From the NCBI GenBank assembly GCA_965209055.1, contig OZ242374.1, positions 5,792,001 through 5,856,000 of the forward strand: a stretch of 64,000 nucleotides of DNA, given 5' to 3'. Shown piece after piece: positions 9,354 through 18,583 of the stretch (its first letter is position 1; each line of letters starts with the position of its first letter). Made by a program: the position numbers and the translations under genes. Origin of the DNA: Acidobacteriota bacterium. GTDB lineage: Bacteria; Acidobacteriota; UBA6911; RPQK01; JAJDTT01. The notes under the pieces are model-generated. The model was not told the origin of the DNA, ran no database searches, and saw nothing but the letters and a program-made list of their open reading frames with translations.

Positions 9354-10445
9354 CTATTTCAGTTGCTTCACCTGGTCCCAGGCCCGCGCCAGATCCCGGT
9401 CAGGGATGTCGTCCCGGATTTCCGTGATCCCGATCGCCGCCAGCAACACCACGACCGTACGTTGATTCCGGCGTTTCTTGTCCCGCTTCATGGCCTCCAC
9501 GACGCGGCTCGTGGGGACGGTATCGATGTTTGGCAGAGGCCCGATCTCCCGGATCGACTGCACCGCCCGGTCCCGTGACTCCCGGGACAGCCCGGTGCGC
9601 CAATGCGAGAGATGAGCGGCAGCCATCATTCCGTAGGCGATCGCTTCCCCGTGGGTCACCCCCCGGAATCGGACGGCGGATTCCAGTCCGTGACCGAAAG
9701 TGTGTCCCAGGTTCAGTATGCGCCGCAGATCCGATTCGCGTTCGTCCCGGGCCGTGACCTCGGCCTTGATCTGGCAACAGCGCCGGATCAACTGCTGCAT
9801 CACCAGGGATTTCCGGGCCTGGATCTCTTCCAGCGACGCGTTCAGCCAATCGAAGAATTCGGCGTCACGGATGAGGCCGTACTTGAAGACCTCGTAGAGT
9901 CCGGACTGATACTCTCGCTGAGGCAGGGAGTGGAGAGTCTCGGGATCGATGCAGACCAGGCTCGGCTGCCAGAAGGAACCGACCATGTTCTTGGCCAGGC
10001 CGTAGTTGACTCCGGTCTTGCCTCCGACTGAACTGTCCACCTGAGCCACCACCGAAGTCGGGATCTGGATGTACGGAATGCCCCGCATGAAGGTGGCGGC
10101 GGCAAATCCCGCGATGTCCCCGGTCACGCCGCCCCCCAGGGCCACCAGGGCCGACGAGCGATCCGCGCCCCCGCTCACGAGCTTCCCGTAGATCCGCTCG
10201 ACGGCTTGAAGCGACTTGTGGGTTTCTCCGTCCGGGATCAGGATCTCCGACACCCGGAACCCCGACTCCGCCAGACCCTTCATCAACGTCTCGCCATAGA
10301 GTTCGTGGACCACCGTATTGGAGACCAGGAACAGCCTCCGGGCCGTCCCCCGGTCCCTCAGCAGCCTCGGAACCTGGGCCAGGAGACCGGGACCGATCAG
10401 GATGTCATAGCTGCGGCCGGGAAGGCTGACCTGAACCGTCTTCAC
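9354..10445 (-). CDS. aroB: 3-dehydroquinate synthase
   Basis: GGGVTGDIAGF, DSSVGGKTGVN, LNLGHTFGH, HGEAI, DKK. Confidence 0.96.
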   Translation of the reverse strand: MKTVQVSLPGRSYDILIGPGLLAQVPRLLRDRGTARRLFLVSNTVVHELYGETLMKGLAESGFRVSEILIPDGETHKSLQAVERIYGKLVSGGADRSSALVALGGGVTGDIAGFAAATFMRGIPYIQIPTSVVAQVDSSVGGKTGVNYGLAKNMVGSFWQPSLVCIDPETLHSLPQREYQSGLYEVFKYGLIRDAEFFDWLNASLEEIQARKSLVMQQLIRRCCQIKAEVTARDERESDLRRILNLGHTFGHGLESAVRFRGVTHGEAIAYGMMAAAHLSHWRTGLSRESRDRAVQSIREIGPLPNIDTVPTSRVVEAMKRDKKRRNQRTVVVLLAAIGITEIRDDIPDRDLARAWDQVKQLK

Positions 10446-10538
10446 CGGGTTCCTTTCCTGCCTTGCACGGGTTTGGGAATAAGCGGAGGCATCACTGCGG
10501 CCGGCGTGGCCTGTGGGAATGGCGGTCCCGGGCCAATC

Positions 10539-11522
10539 CTAGCTCAGCACGCCTTCCAGGGGACTGCTGGCCGTAGCGTAGAGCTTGCGGGGAATTCGGC
10601 CCGCCTTGTAGGCCAGGCGACCCGACTCCACGGCCAGCTTCATGCTCCTGGCCATGGATACGGGGTCCCCGGCCCCGGCAATCCCGGTGTTCATGAGGAC
10701 TCCGTCCACACCCAGCTCCATGGCCAGTGTGGCGTCGGAAGCGGTCCCGACGCCGGCGTCGACGATGACGGGGACCGAGGCGAACTCCAGGATGATGCGG
10801 ATGTTGTTGGGATTCTGGATGCCGAGACCCGAACCGATGGGGGCGCCGAGCGGCATCACAGCCGCTGCACCGGCATCCTCCAGCCGCTTGCAGACGATGG
10901 GGTCGTCATTGGTGTAGGGAAGCACTACGAATCCTTCCTTGACCAGGACGCGCGTGGCTTCCAGCAAGGCCTCATTGTCGGGGAAAAGCGTGCGTTCGTC
11001 TCCGATCACCTCCAGCTTGACCAGATTCGACAGGCCGGCCTCCCGGCCCAGCCGGGCGTACCGGATCGCCTCGGCCGCCGTGTAGCAGCCGGCCGTGTTG
11101 GGGAGTAGCTGGTACCGGTCGGGATCGATGTAGTCCAGGAGGGATTCCCGGCTTCGATCGGATATATTGACGCGCCGCACGGCTACCGTCACCAGCTCGG
11201 ATCCGCTGGCCTCCAGGGCCTGCTCCATCTGGCTGAATGTCGCGTACTTTCCCGTTCCCACCAGCAAACGGGAGCGATACTCACGTCCGGCTATGGTCAA
11301 CGTATCTTCCACGGCCCCTCCTCCCACGAAATGGACGATTTCGATCCGATCGCCGCTTTGGATCTCCTGCCCGGCCCACCGGTTGCGGCGGACGATCTGC
11401 TCATTGATCTCCACCGCGACCCGACCCCCGTCAAGCCCCAGATCCTGGACCAGATCCGCCACGCTGCCGCCGCGTTCGGCCTGGTGCCGCAGGCCATTCA
11501 ATAGGACTTGGATCTTGCTCAT
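10539..11522 (-). CDS. thiG: ThiS-ThiG fusion (sulfur carrier plus thiazole synthase)
   Basis: Residues 1-69 are ThiS (ending EIVHFVGGG) and continue in frame into ThiG ([33 protein letters not shown]). Confidence 0.93.
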   Translation of the reverse strand: MSKIQVLLNGLRHQAERGGSVADLVQDLGLDGGRVAVEINEQIVRRNRWAGQEIQSGDRIEIVHFVGGGAVEDTLTIAGREYRSRLLVGTGKYATFSQMEQALEASGSELVTVAVRRVNISDRSRESLLDYIDPDRYQLLPNTAGCYTAAEAIRYARLGREAGLSNLVKLEVIGDERTLFPDNEALLEATRVLVKEGFVVLPYTNDDPIVCKRLEDAGAAAVMPLGAPIGSGLGIQNPNNIRIILEFASVPVIVDAGVGTASDATLAMELGVDGVLMNTGIAGAGDPVSMARSMKLAVESGRLAYKAGRIPRKLYATASSPLEGVLS

Positions 11523-11542
11523 GGGTCCATCGTTTTCGGGCC

Positions 11543-11556
11543 CAGTCTACTACGAC
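11543..11556 (-). promoter_or_regulatory. Putative -10 region (GTCGTAGTAGACTG) of thiS-thiG
   Basis: TAGACT hexamer about 22 nt upstream of the start; the identical 14-mer occurs at 17539-17552. Confidence 0.4.
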
Positions 11557-11764
11557 GCCGCGCCCGTCTGCCAGCCGTACGGAGCCCCGTTCCAGGGGAG
11601 ATCGGCGAGGCGCAGGCCAGCCGTTCGGCTCTGGCGGAATCGCAGGCGGCGCGACGGATCAGGATTGCCACCTGGCTGAAATCGAAATTGCGGAGGAGCC
11701 TTCTCCGGGATCGTTCGATTCCGTTGTCTGACCCGCCTTGCGGAGGTTCCCCCAAAACGGCCGA

Positions 11765-11992
11765 TCAAAAGGGTGTGCCGCGTCCAGGACTTACGAAGAA
11801 CTCCCGAAGCACATCCAATGCTCCCTCAAGGCGGGCCAAGCGATCTTCGAGGCGGAAAATCCGCCCTCTGAGCTCGCCCAATTCAGAGCGAATGGCGCGC
11901 GACTGGGTCAGGATGAGGCCGGCGAGGGCAACAGTGGCGGTGAGAATAAGGCCCCCGATGGAGCCGATGATGGTGATGAGTTCGGACGGCAT
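11765..11992 (-). CDS. Small membrane-anchored coiled-coil protein (75 aa)
   Basis: MPSELITIIGSIGGLILTATVALAGLIL then heptads LRGRIFRLEDRLARLEG; GGGGAG RBS upstream. It is the C-terminal part of track ORF 11765..13042. Confidence 0.65.
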   Translation of the reverse strand: MPSELITIIGSIGGLILTATVALAGLILTQSRAIRSELGELRGRIFRLEDRLARLEGALDVLREFFVSPGRGTPF

Positions 11993-12237
11993 TCGGACTA
12001 TTCTCCCCGGCCTCTTCCCTCTTGCGGACGTTTTTTCGCCGACACTTTCTTCATCGTGTCTCCTTTGCTTAAAACGTGCGTGAATCAGAAGACACGACTC
12101 TTCAACCTCCACACTCGGGGCGGGGCCTCCGCATCCGGGAGAAAAACGGTCAACAAAGGGACGCCGCCGAAATCGCCATGCGTCGAAGTGAGTGCATTCC
12201 CGGACCCGTTGCGACCCGGCATCCTTTCCCCGAACCG

Positions 12238-13164
12238 TCAGCGCAACAGATAGGCCGAGGCCAAGCCGATATAGGCCGTCAGCGTCAGGAGATACATCTG
12301 CCGCCAACTGGGATGGTTCTCCCATTCCAGATTCCCCTCCCATTCCCGGGAAGACCTCACGAGCAGCAGGATGATCCAACCGCCCCAACCGGCGAGCAGC
12401 AGTCCCAGGCCCGCCAGCAGCGACGGCCGTCCGGACAGGAGCCCGTAGACCGCGCCGGGGACGAGGGCCAGAAACGGCAGGACGAAGAAGGGAGCGATGA
12501 TCCGGATCGACCATTGGACGCCATAGATGACGGGAAGCGTCCGGCAGCCGCCCCGGCGGTCCCCCTCCACGTCGGAGAAGTCCTTGGTCGTGACCGCCCC
12601 CAGAAAATAGGCTCCCAGGATCGCGCCGAGAATCCAGGGCTCGGGCTGCAGCACAGGCTTCACGGAGGACCAACCGGCCACCGGCAACAGCGTTCCCCGG
12701 ACCAGGGCGATGGTCAGGTTGGCCCAGATGCCTCGGGACTTGGTCCGAATCGGGGGCACCGAGTAGAGAACGGTTCCCAGGGCGCCTGCAAGAACGACGA
12801 AGAAACACTGGAGATTGATCCAGGCGGCCAGCAACAGGGCGATGACCAGGAAAGCCAGACTGAGGCACCACGCTTCCGGTCCGGAGATGCGGCCCGAGGG
12901 CAGCAGGCGGTGAGGCTTGTTGATGCGGTCGATCTCCTGGTCGAAGATCTGGTTGAGCCCGTTGGAAAAGGCGTTCAACGCGGCTGCCAGAAGGGCCCCG
13001 GCGACGATCCGCAGAAAGAGAGTCCCGGCCCCCGGGCTCCAATCGGAGACTCCCTTCGGATCCGCCGAGAGTCCCATGAGGGCGCCGCAGACCATCCCCA
13101 ACGCCGGCACCAGCAGGGTGAAGGGGCGAATGAACCGGAAGTAACGGACGATTGATTCAGGCAT
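12238..13164 (-). CDS. UbiA-family prenyltransferase (DGGGP synthase / chlorophyll synthase-like motifs)
   Basis: RFIRPFT, NQIFDQEIDRINKPHRLLPSG and KDFSDVEGDRRGG aspartate-rich motifs; multiple TM helices. Confidence 0.88.
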   Translation of the reverse strand: MPESIVRYFRFIRPFTLLVPALGMVCGALMGLSADPKGVSDWSPGAGTLFLRIVAGALLAAALNAFSNGLNQIFDQEIDRINKPHRLLPSGRISGPEAWCLSLAFLVIALLLAAWINLQCFFVVLAGALGTVLYSVPPIRTKSRGIWANLTIALVRGTLLPVAGWSSVKPVLQPEPWILGAILGAYFLGAVTTKDFSDVEGDRRGGCRTLPVIYGVQWSIRIIAPFFVLPFLALVPGAVYGLLSGRPSLLAGLGLLLAGWGGWIILLLVRSSREWEGNLEWENHPSWRQMYLLTLTAYIGLASAYLLR

Positions 13165-13251
13165 GACACGGCGGGTGCTTTAAGCCTGCCAGGCGTGGGC
13201 CATCGGCAGCGATTCCGCAGGTTCGTGAATCCTTCGGGGGCGTTCCATTCT

Positions 13252-14583
13252 TCAAGGGGTTGCAGGGGAACTCAACACGATCCAGATTCCGCCGCTGGCG
13301 CAGGCTCCCGCCAGCGTATTGTACAAGTTGAGCACCTGGTGCCGGCCCGGGGCGTCCCTCCCGGCGCCGGCCAGCCAGGACTCGACTCCATTCCCCGCAA
13401 TGGCTCCGGCCCCCAACGCCGGCAGCGCCGACGCAGGGATCCAGTTCCATACGGCCGGCACCGACGAGACCGCCAGGGCCGCAACCAGCCCGGCCAGAGT
13501 GCCCGCGAGTGAAACGGCGCCGGGAGTCCCCACGGCAACCGGTTTGAAGGTCCGCAGATCCCGGGGAGCCCGTCCCAACCATTGTCCGATCTCGGTAGCG
13601 ACCGTGTCCATGGCGGCGGCGGCCAGGGCGCCGGTGTAGGCCACCCGCGCCACGGTGCTGTCGGTCCAGAAAAACAAAAGCGCCAGGATGCCGGCCACCA
13701 GACCCTTGGACAAGACGTTGGCGACGCCTCTCCGCCCCAGATTCTCTTCGGCCACCCCCAGGGCCTCCTTGCGTCCCGTCCCCAACCATGTGCTGAACCC
13801 GCCCAGGAAGAAAAAGAGGCAGAGGGCGACGTAGCCTGCGGGACCCGCCGAGAGATAGACGCCGATCCCCAGGACCACGCCGGCGGCGGCGCCGCGCCAC
13901 GAGATCCAACCCACCATCACGGCGAGGCCGGCCAGGAGGAAGTTGATTCCGACCGCGTGGGACCAGGGCGCGGACAACTCGGGAATCAGGCCGGGGACGT
14001 CCAGGAGCAAGGGGAAGATCCCGGCGCCGACCACCACTATGACCAGATTGTCGTCCACCAGATTCGGCAACGACTCGGCCAAAGCGCAGACCAGCGACCC
14101 GAAAATGCAACAGGCGGCCAGCTTGAGATTGGAACTGCCGTCTGCTTGCGGCAGGTTCCAGGCCAGGAGGACCCAGGACGCCACCGCCGCCGCCAGAAAG
14201 AAGCCGATGGAACCGCCCAGGCTCTTCTCCCGATTGTAGGGGAGTCGGACCCAGGGCCACCGCCGCCCCGCCAGGTTGGAAACGGCGTCTCCCACCGCCA
14301 GAACCGCCCAGACCGCCGCAGCGACGTGAAGGCGCTCGCGAAACAGGATGAGCAGCATCATGATCCCGAAGGCGTAGTAGAGCTTGCCGGGGGAAAATCC
14401 CGCCTCCCTTTCCGAATCGCGGGTCGTCACCCGGATCCAACGGGGAGATATGAACGCGGCATAGAAGAACGAAAGGAGGCTCAGGCAGAGGATCAGCCTG
14501 TAGTCCACGTAGGGAAGGAGAAAGGCGAAAGCCAGGGGCAGTACATGTTCCAGTTGCCTCAGGTCCTCGCCTCTGTTCCTCAC
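13252..14583 (-). CDS. Membrane protein: phytol/dolichol-kinase-like domain fused to DUF92 (TMEM19)
   Basis: N-half EDLRQLEH, GDAVSNLAGRR, KSLGGS, DDNL; C-half RGVANVLSKG, DTVATEIG, VGTPGAVSLAGT. GTG start overlaps the upstream stop (GTGA). Confidence 0.82.
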   Translation of the reverse strand: MRNRGEDLRQLEHVLPLAFAFLLPYVDYRLILCLSLLSFFYAAFISPRWIRVTTRDSEREAGFSPGKLYYAFGIMMLLILFRERLHVAAAVWAVLAVGDAVSNLAGRRWPWVRLPYNREKSLGGSIGFFLAAAVASWVLLAWNLPQADGSSNLKLAACCIFGSLVCALAESLPNLVDDNLVIVVVGAGIFPLLLDVPGLIPELSAPWSHAVGINFLLAGLAVMVGWISWRGAAAGVVLGIGVYLSAGPAGYVALCLFFFLGGFSTWLGTGRKEALGVAEENLGRRGVANVLSKGLVAGILALLFFWTDSTVARVAYTGALAAAAMDTVATEIGQWLGRAPRDLRTFKPVAVGTPGAVSLAGTLAGLVAALAVSSVPAVWNWIPASALPALGAGAIAGNGVESWLAGAGRDAPGRHQVLNLYNTLAGACASGGIWIVLSSPATP

Positions 14584-15503
14584 GAAGCCATCCACCGGCT
14601 GGTGCTGATCAAGCCCTCCTCCAGGGAGCGGGGCGAGTAGCCCAATTGGGCGCCGGCCTTGCCCGAGGAAAATCGCCAGTTCCGGAGAAAGAACTCGGCC
14701 GTCGACGGGACCAGCAACGGCGAGGCGCCCCGCAGCCGAGCGCTCCAGTCCTCCAAACGGGCGCCCGCGCGAAACAGCCGATCCGGGAGGCCCAAGGGAA
14801 CCATCGGCACGTCCGCGACCTTCCGAAAGGTCCCGAACAGATCCTGGAGCGTCCGGTTTTCGCCTCCCAGGATGAAGTCCTCCCCGGCATCGGCATCCAG
14901 GCATCGAATCAGGGCGTCGGCGACGTCGTCCACATAGACGAAGTTCCAACAAGGAGCCCCGCGGCCCGGCAGTGCCGCCATTCGAAGCCTCTTCCAGCGC
15001 CGGAGCAGCCGCACCAGCAGGTTTCCCTCCGTCATCGGCCCGGGGCCGTAGACGACGGTGGGAAAGACCGTGTTCATGGAGAGCCGGTCCTTCCACTGGC
15101 CGGCCATTCGAAAGGCCTCGTACTTGCTCTGGTCGTACCCGTGGAAGAACCGGTTGCGGTACGGCATGCGTTCCTCGGTATGGACCCCGTCGCCGCTGGG
15201 GCCGAAGACGGTGAAGGAGGAGACGTGGACCAGCCGGGCAACCCCATGGCGCCGGGCCAGTTCCAGGACGTTTCTCAGCCCGTCGACGTTGACGCGAAGG
15301 AATGGGCCGGGCCGGGACTGCACCAGGGCAGCCAGATGAAACACCGCCTGGATTTCACGGAAGCACGGCTCCAGGGTGGAAACACGGGTCACGTCCTGGC
15401 CCCGGGACCGTGAAGCGACGGTCACCTGGTGCCCCCGCTCCCGGAGCCTGCGCACCAGAACGCTCCCCAGGAAGCCTGTCCCGCCCGTAACCAGGCACCT
15501 CAT
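14580..15503 (-). CDS. NAD-dependent epimerase/dehydratase (extended SDR, HpnA/DFR-like)
   Basis: TGGTGFLG, HLAA, YDQSK catalytic motif, VYGPG, FVYVDDVA. Confidence 0.88.
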   Translation of the reverse strand: MRCLVTGGTGFLGSVLVRRLRERGHQVTVASRSRGQDVTRVSTLEPCFREIQAVFHLAALVQSRPGPFLRVNVDGLRNVLELARRHGVARLVHVSSFTVFGPSGDGVHTEERMPYRNRFFHGYDQSKYEAFRMAGQWKDRLSMNTVFPTVVYGPGPMTEGNLLVRLLRRWKRLRMAALPGRGAPCWNFVYVDDVADALIRCLDADAGEDFILGGENRTLQDLFGTFRKVADVPMVPLGLPDRLFRAGARLEDWSARLRGASPLLVPSTAEFFLRNWRFSSGKAGAQLGYSPRSLEEGLISTSRWMAS

Positions 15504-17482
15504 GGCGATTCGAACGCCCAGGCCCGGCCGTCCAGGGGTCCGGGATCCTCGACCTGAAACAACCGGTACAGCGTCGGCGCCACGTCCATGATGTGCAGAT
15601 TCTCCGAAAGTATCTTGCGATTGGAGACGGCGAAGCCCTCGGTGTCCGAAAAATCGGAGGCGCAGTGGTCACCGCTCCATTTCCTGAGGTTGGCGACGAG
15701 GACGTGCTCCGGCACGGCGCCCAGGGCCGTCTGCCACGAAGTCCGGTAACCGGATCGGAAGCTGAGTTGGATATCCCCGGCATGCTCGATTTCATCGCCG
15801 GAGTAGATGTCTTCCCTGAAATATGCGTTCTGCACCACCGCTTCTCCGGTTTCCGGGTCTCGATACTCGAGAATTTCCCGAGAAATGTCCCGGACCAGAT
15901 CCATGTAGTCGCGGCCGGGATCGACGATGCCCTGACCCTCCCGCCCCTTCAGGTTCACGTAGATATGGCCCAGGCCCAGGGCATACGCTTGGGTCCGGCT
16001 CCAGTCGACGTTGGGGAAGAAGCTCCCGCCGCGATAGACCTGCTCCAGCCGCTTCACATCGGTGTCGGCCCGGACGCCTTTGAGAACCAGGAACCCATTC
16101 TCCAGGAGCCAGGTGTTGGTGTTGAATTCCTTGCGCCAGGAATGAAACCCATGATCGGAAACCACCAGCAGCAGATCCTGGGGGTCCAGGCGCTCCAAGA
16201 CCTGGGAGACGATAGAGTCCATCTTCCGGTAGACGTTCAACACGGCTCTGCCGTAGGCCTGAGCTCCCTTCGCGTCGTAACGGGGATGTTGGGGATCGAT
16301 GAAGCGGTAGAACATGTGTGCGGCGCTGTCGGTGGCCGTGAAGACGGCCGTGTACAGGGAGGCTTCACCCCGGTCCAGCTCGTGCATCAGGAGCCGCTCC
16401 AGATGGTTCATGTTGCGGAAGAGGTCCTCAAGAAAGACCTGCTCGTCGATCTGCTCTTCGTTGAGGCCCCAGGTCTCATGGATCCAACCCAGGGTCTTGA
16501 ACGGGGCGAGCCAGGAGGCGAGGTCACCCGAGTAACCGGCCGGAGTCGAGAGGGGCAGAACGGGACCGGCCGGATCGAGACTGATGGGCATCAGGTAGAG
16601 CCTCACTTCGGGGAACGTCTCCAGGACATAGAAACGGCTGATGCCCCGGATCTTGACCAGAGGTCCCGCAGAAAAGACGAAACGGAACCAGTCGCTCCAC
16701 TGCCCCTCGTCGACCTCCTCCTCCTGATCCTGGAGCCTGATCGTCAGGGCAGTCGACTGCGGGTCCAACTCCACCGACAGCGGAATCGTCAGCCGGACCA
16801 GTTCCTCCTCTCTGGGGTCGGCGGGTCCGTCGATCAGCGCCTGAAAACGTCCGTCCTCTCCCTCCAGCCGAATCACCCGGCCGCCGAACTCGGTATCCTG
16901 CAGATCCCAGCGGCTCACGTCGGTGGAGAGGTAGAAGTAGGTCCCCCACGTCCCCCGGACATCGGGCACGCCGAGCCCCGACAGAGTGGTCCCGTGGTCG
17001 AGGGACCGGGGCGGAAACTCCAGGGGAAGCCGCAGATTGGCGGTGACGATGCCGCCCCGATCCAATTGCTCCCAGTAGGGAACGCCCTTGCGGTTGTTAG
17101 TCACCCGCGCTCCCCGGATGGGGATGGTCTTGAACAGAAAGCGGGGCTTTTCCACCTTCACGAGGCCGATGTCGGGCATGTAGGTGGCGGGGTCCCGGCG
17201 GAGGAAGTCGAAGATTCCGTGCCGGCCCGGATTGAGTCCGGTGGCGAAGCTGGCCCAAGCCACGGGGGACTCGGGAGGGTTGGTGGTGCCCAGGGTCGAC
17301 AGGGTCCCCTGCTCCCCCAGGCGTCGGATGGTGGGAAGCTCTTCGATCCATTGATCCACCAGATCGGGGTCCACGCCGTCGAAGCCCAGGACCACGACCT
17401 TGAAGCCGGGTTGCCTGGGGGCGGGTGTACAGAATGCGCCCAGAAGGACCATCAGAACGAGTCCCACCCGATTCCAGGTCAT
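15500..17482 (-). CDS. Alkaline-phosphatase superfamily phosphodiesterase/NPP-type protein, probable lipoprotein
   Basis: LGFDGVD, TTNPPESPVAWASFATG, VSDHGF, WSGDH, DVAPT; lipobox-like LGAFC. Confidence 0.85.
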   Translation of the reverse strand: MTWNRVGLVLMVLLGAFCTPAPRQPGFKVVVLGFDGVDPDLVDQWIEELPTIRRLGEQGTLSTLGTTNPPESPVAWASFATGLNPGRHGIFDFLRRDPATYMPDIGLVKVEKPRFLFKTIPIRGARVTNNRKGVPYWEQLDRGGIVTANLRLPLEFPPRSLDHGTTLSGLGVPDVRGTWGTYFYLSTDVSRWDLQDTEFGGRVIRLEGEDGRFQALIDGPADPREEELVRLTIPLSVELDPQSTALTIRLQDQEEEVDEGQWSDWFRFVFSAGPLVKIRGISRFYVLETFPEVRLYLMPISLDPAGPVLPLSTPAGYSGDLASWLAPFKTLGWIHETWGLNEEQIDEQVFLEDLFRNMNHLERLLMHELDRGEASLYTAVFTATDSAAHMFYRFIDPQHPRYDAKGAQAYGRAVLNVYRKMDSIVSQVLERLDPQDLLLVVSDHGFHSWRKEFNTNTWLLENGFLVLKGVRADTDVKRLEQVYRGGSFFPNVDWSRTQAYALGLGHIYVNLKGREGQGIVDPGRDYMDLVRDISREILEYRDPETGEAVVQNAYFREDIYSGDEIEHAGDIQLSFRSGYRTSWQTALGAVPEHVLVANLRKWSGDHCASDFSDTEGFAVSNRKILSENLHIMDVAPTLYRLFQVEDPGPLDGRAWAFESP

Positions 17483-17538
17483 GGCGCCTGCCGCGTATCG
17501 GTTGTGCGGACAGCGTTGCCGGCTCGCATATTGCCGTT

Positions 17539-17552
17539 CAGTCTACTACGAC
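17539..17552 (-). promoter_or_regulatory. Putative -10 region of the AP/SDR/DUF92/UbiA operon
   Basis: Same 14-mer as 11543-11556, about 57 nt upstream of the ATG at 17482. Confidence 0.4.
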
Positions 17553-17775
17553 CCCGCGATACTCAGACACAGGGAGCGAAATGCCGCCCCAGGCAACACG
17601 GGAGAACACTGATCTGGCCCGTCCTCCCCACGGGGGATCACCAACCAGGTATGCCTTGGGCCCGGAGTTGAGGGCCGGATGCCAATACTGGCGATGGCCC
17701 CGGGATCGGGTCCGTTCGTTGACACCATCCGGGCCCTTCACTAAGATTCATTTTCCGCAAGCGGGGGAGCCAAGT

Positions 17776-18273
17776 GTGGAGCAGATCGTCTTTTACGTCT
17801 TCGCAGCCGTAGCCGTCGGCTCTGCCCTTCTCGTCGTGCTCCAGCAGCGCGCCGTCTACAGCGCCTTCTCCCTGATCGTCTGTTTTGGCGCTCTGGCCGT
17901 TCTCTATTTTCAGTTGGGAGCCGCCCTCGTCGCCGCGTTGCAGGTCATCGTTTACGCCGGGGCCATCATGGTCCTGTTCCTGTTCGTGATCATGCTGCTG
18001 GATCCGCAGTCCGAGAGGTTCGGTCCCGACCGGTTCAAGAAAACGGCCTTGGCCGGGTTGCCTGCGGCCGCCTTTCTGGGGTTTGTTCTGCTGCGCGTCT
18101 TCCCGGCGTGGAGCCCCCGGGGATCAGGCGACCCGCTCGGCTCGGGCGAAGGTCCGAAAAGAATCGCCCATATTCTCTTCCAGGACTATCTGCTTCCCTT
18201 CGAGGTCACCTCCATCCTGATCCTGGTGGCTATTCTGGGCGCCGTCGTCCTGGTCAAGCATCGTCCCGATTGA
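17776..18273 (+). CDS. nuoJ: NADH-quinone oxidoreductase subunit J
   Basis: QVIVYAGAIMVLFLFVIMLL, YLLPFEVTSILILVA; GTG start behind GGGGAG. Confidence 0.95.
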   Translation: MEQIVFYVFAAVAVGSALLVVLQQRAVYSAFSLIVCFGALAVLYFQLGAALVAALQVIVYAGAIMVLFLFVIMLLDPQSERFGPDRFKKTALAGLPAAAFLGFVLLRVFPAWSPRGSGDPLGSGEGPKRIAHILFQDYLLPFEVTSILILVAILGAVVLVKHRPD

Positions 18274-18581
18274 TGGGTATGGTCCCTGCCTCTCACTACC
18301 TGGCGCTGGGCGCGGTTCTCTTCGTCATCGGCGTCGCCGGCTTCGTTGTCAGACGCAACGTCATCACCATGTTCATGTCGGTGGAACTGATGCTCAACGC
18401 CGTCAACCTGACGTTTCTGGCCTACGCGCGGACGTTGAACCAGGTAGACGCCCACATCTTCGTCTTCTTCGTCATGACCGTAGCCGCGGCGGAGGCGGCG
18501 GTGGGTCTGGCGCTGATCCTGGGTCTCGACCGGCATTCCCAGACCCTTGACATCGACTCCGTCAACAAGCTGCAGGGCTGA
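18273..18581 (+). CDS. nuoK: NADH-quinone oxidoreductase subunit K
   Basis: RRNVITMFMSVELMLNAVN, VAAAEAAVGLA. Confidence 0.95.
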   Translation: MGMVPASHYLALGAVLFVIGVAGFVVRRNVITMFMSVELMLNAVNLTFLAYARTLNQVDAHIFVFFVMTVAAAEAAVGLALILGLDRHSQTLDIDSVNKLQG

Positions 18582-18583
18582 CC

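Noticed and set aside
11523-11764. TPP riboswitch upstream of thiS-thiG
   Set aside because: A CCTGATC stretch is present on the minus strand, but the conserved CTGAGA element is not.
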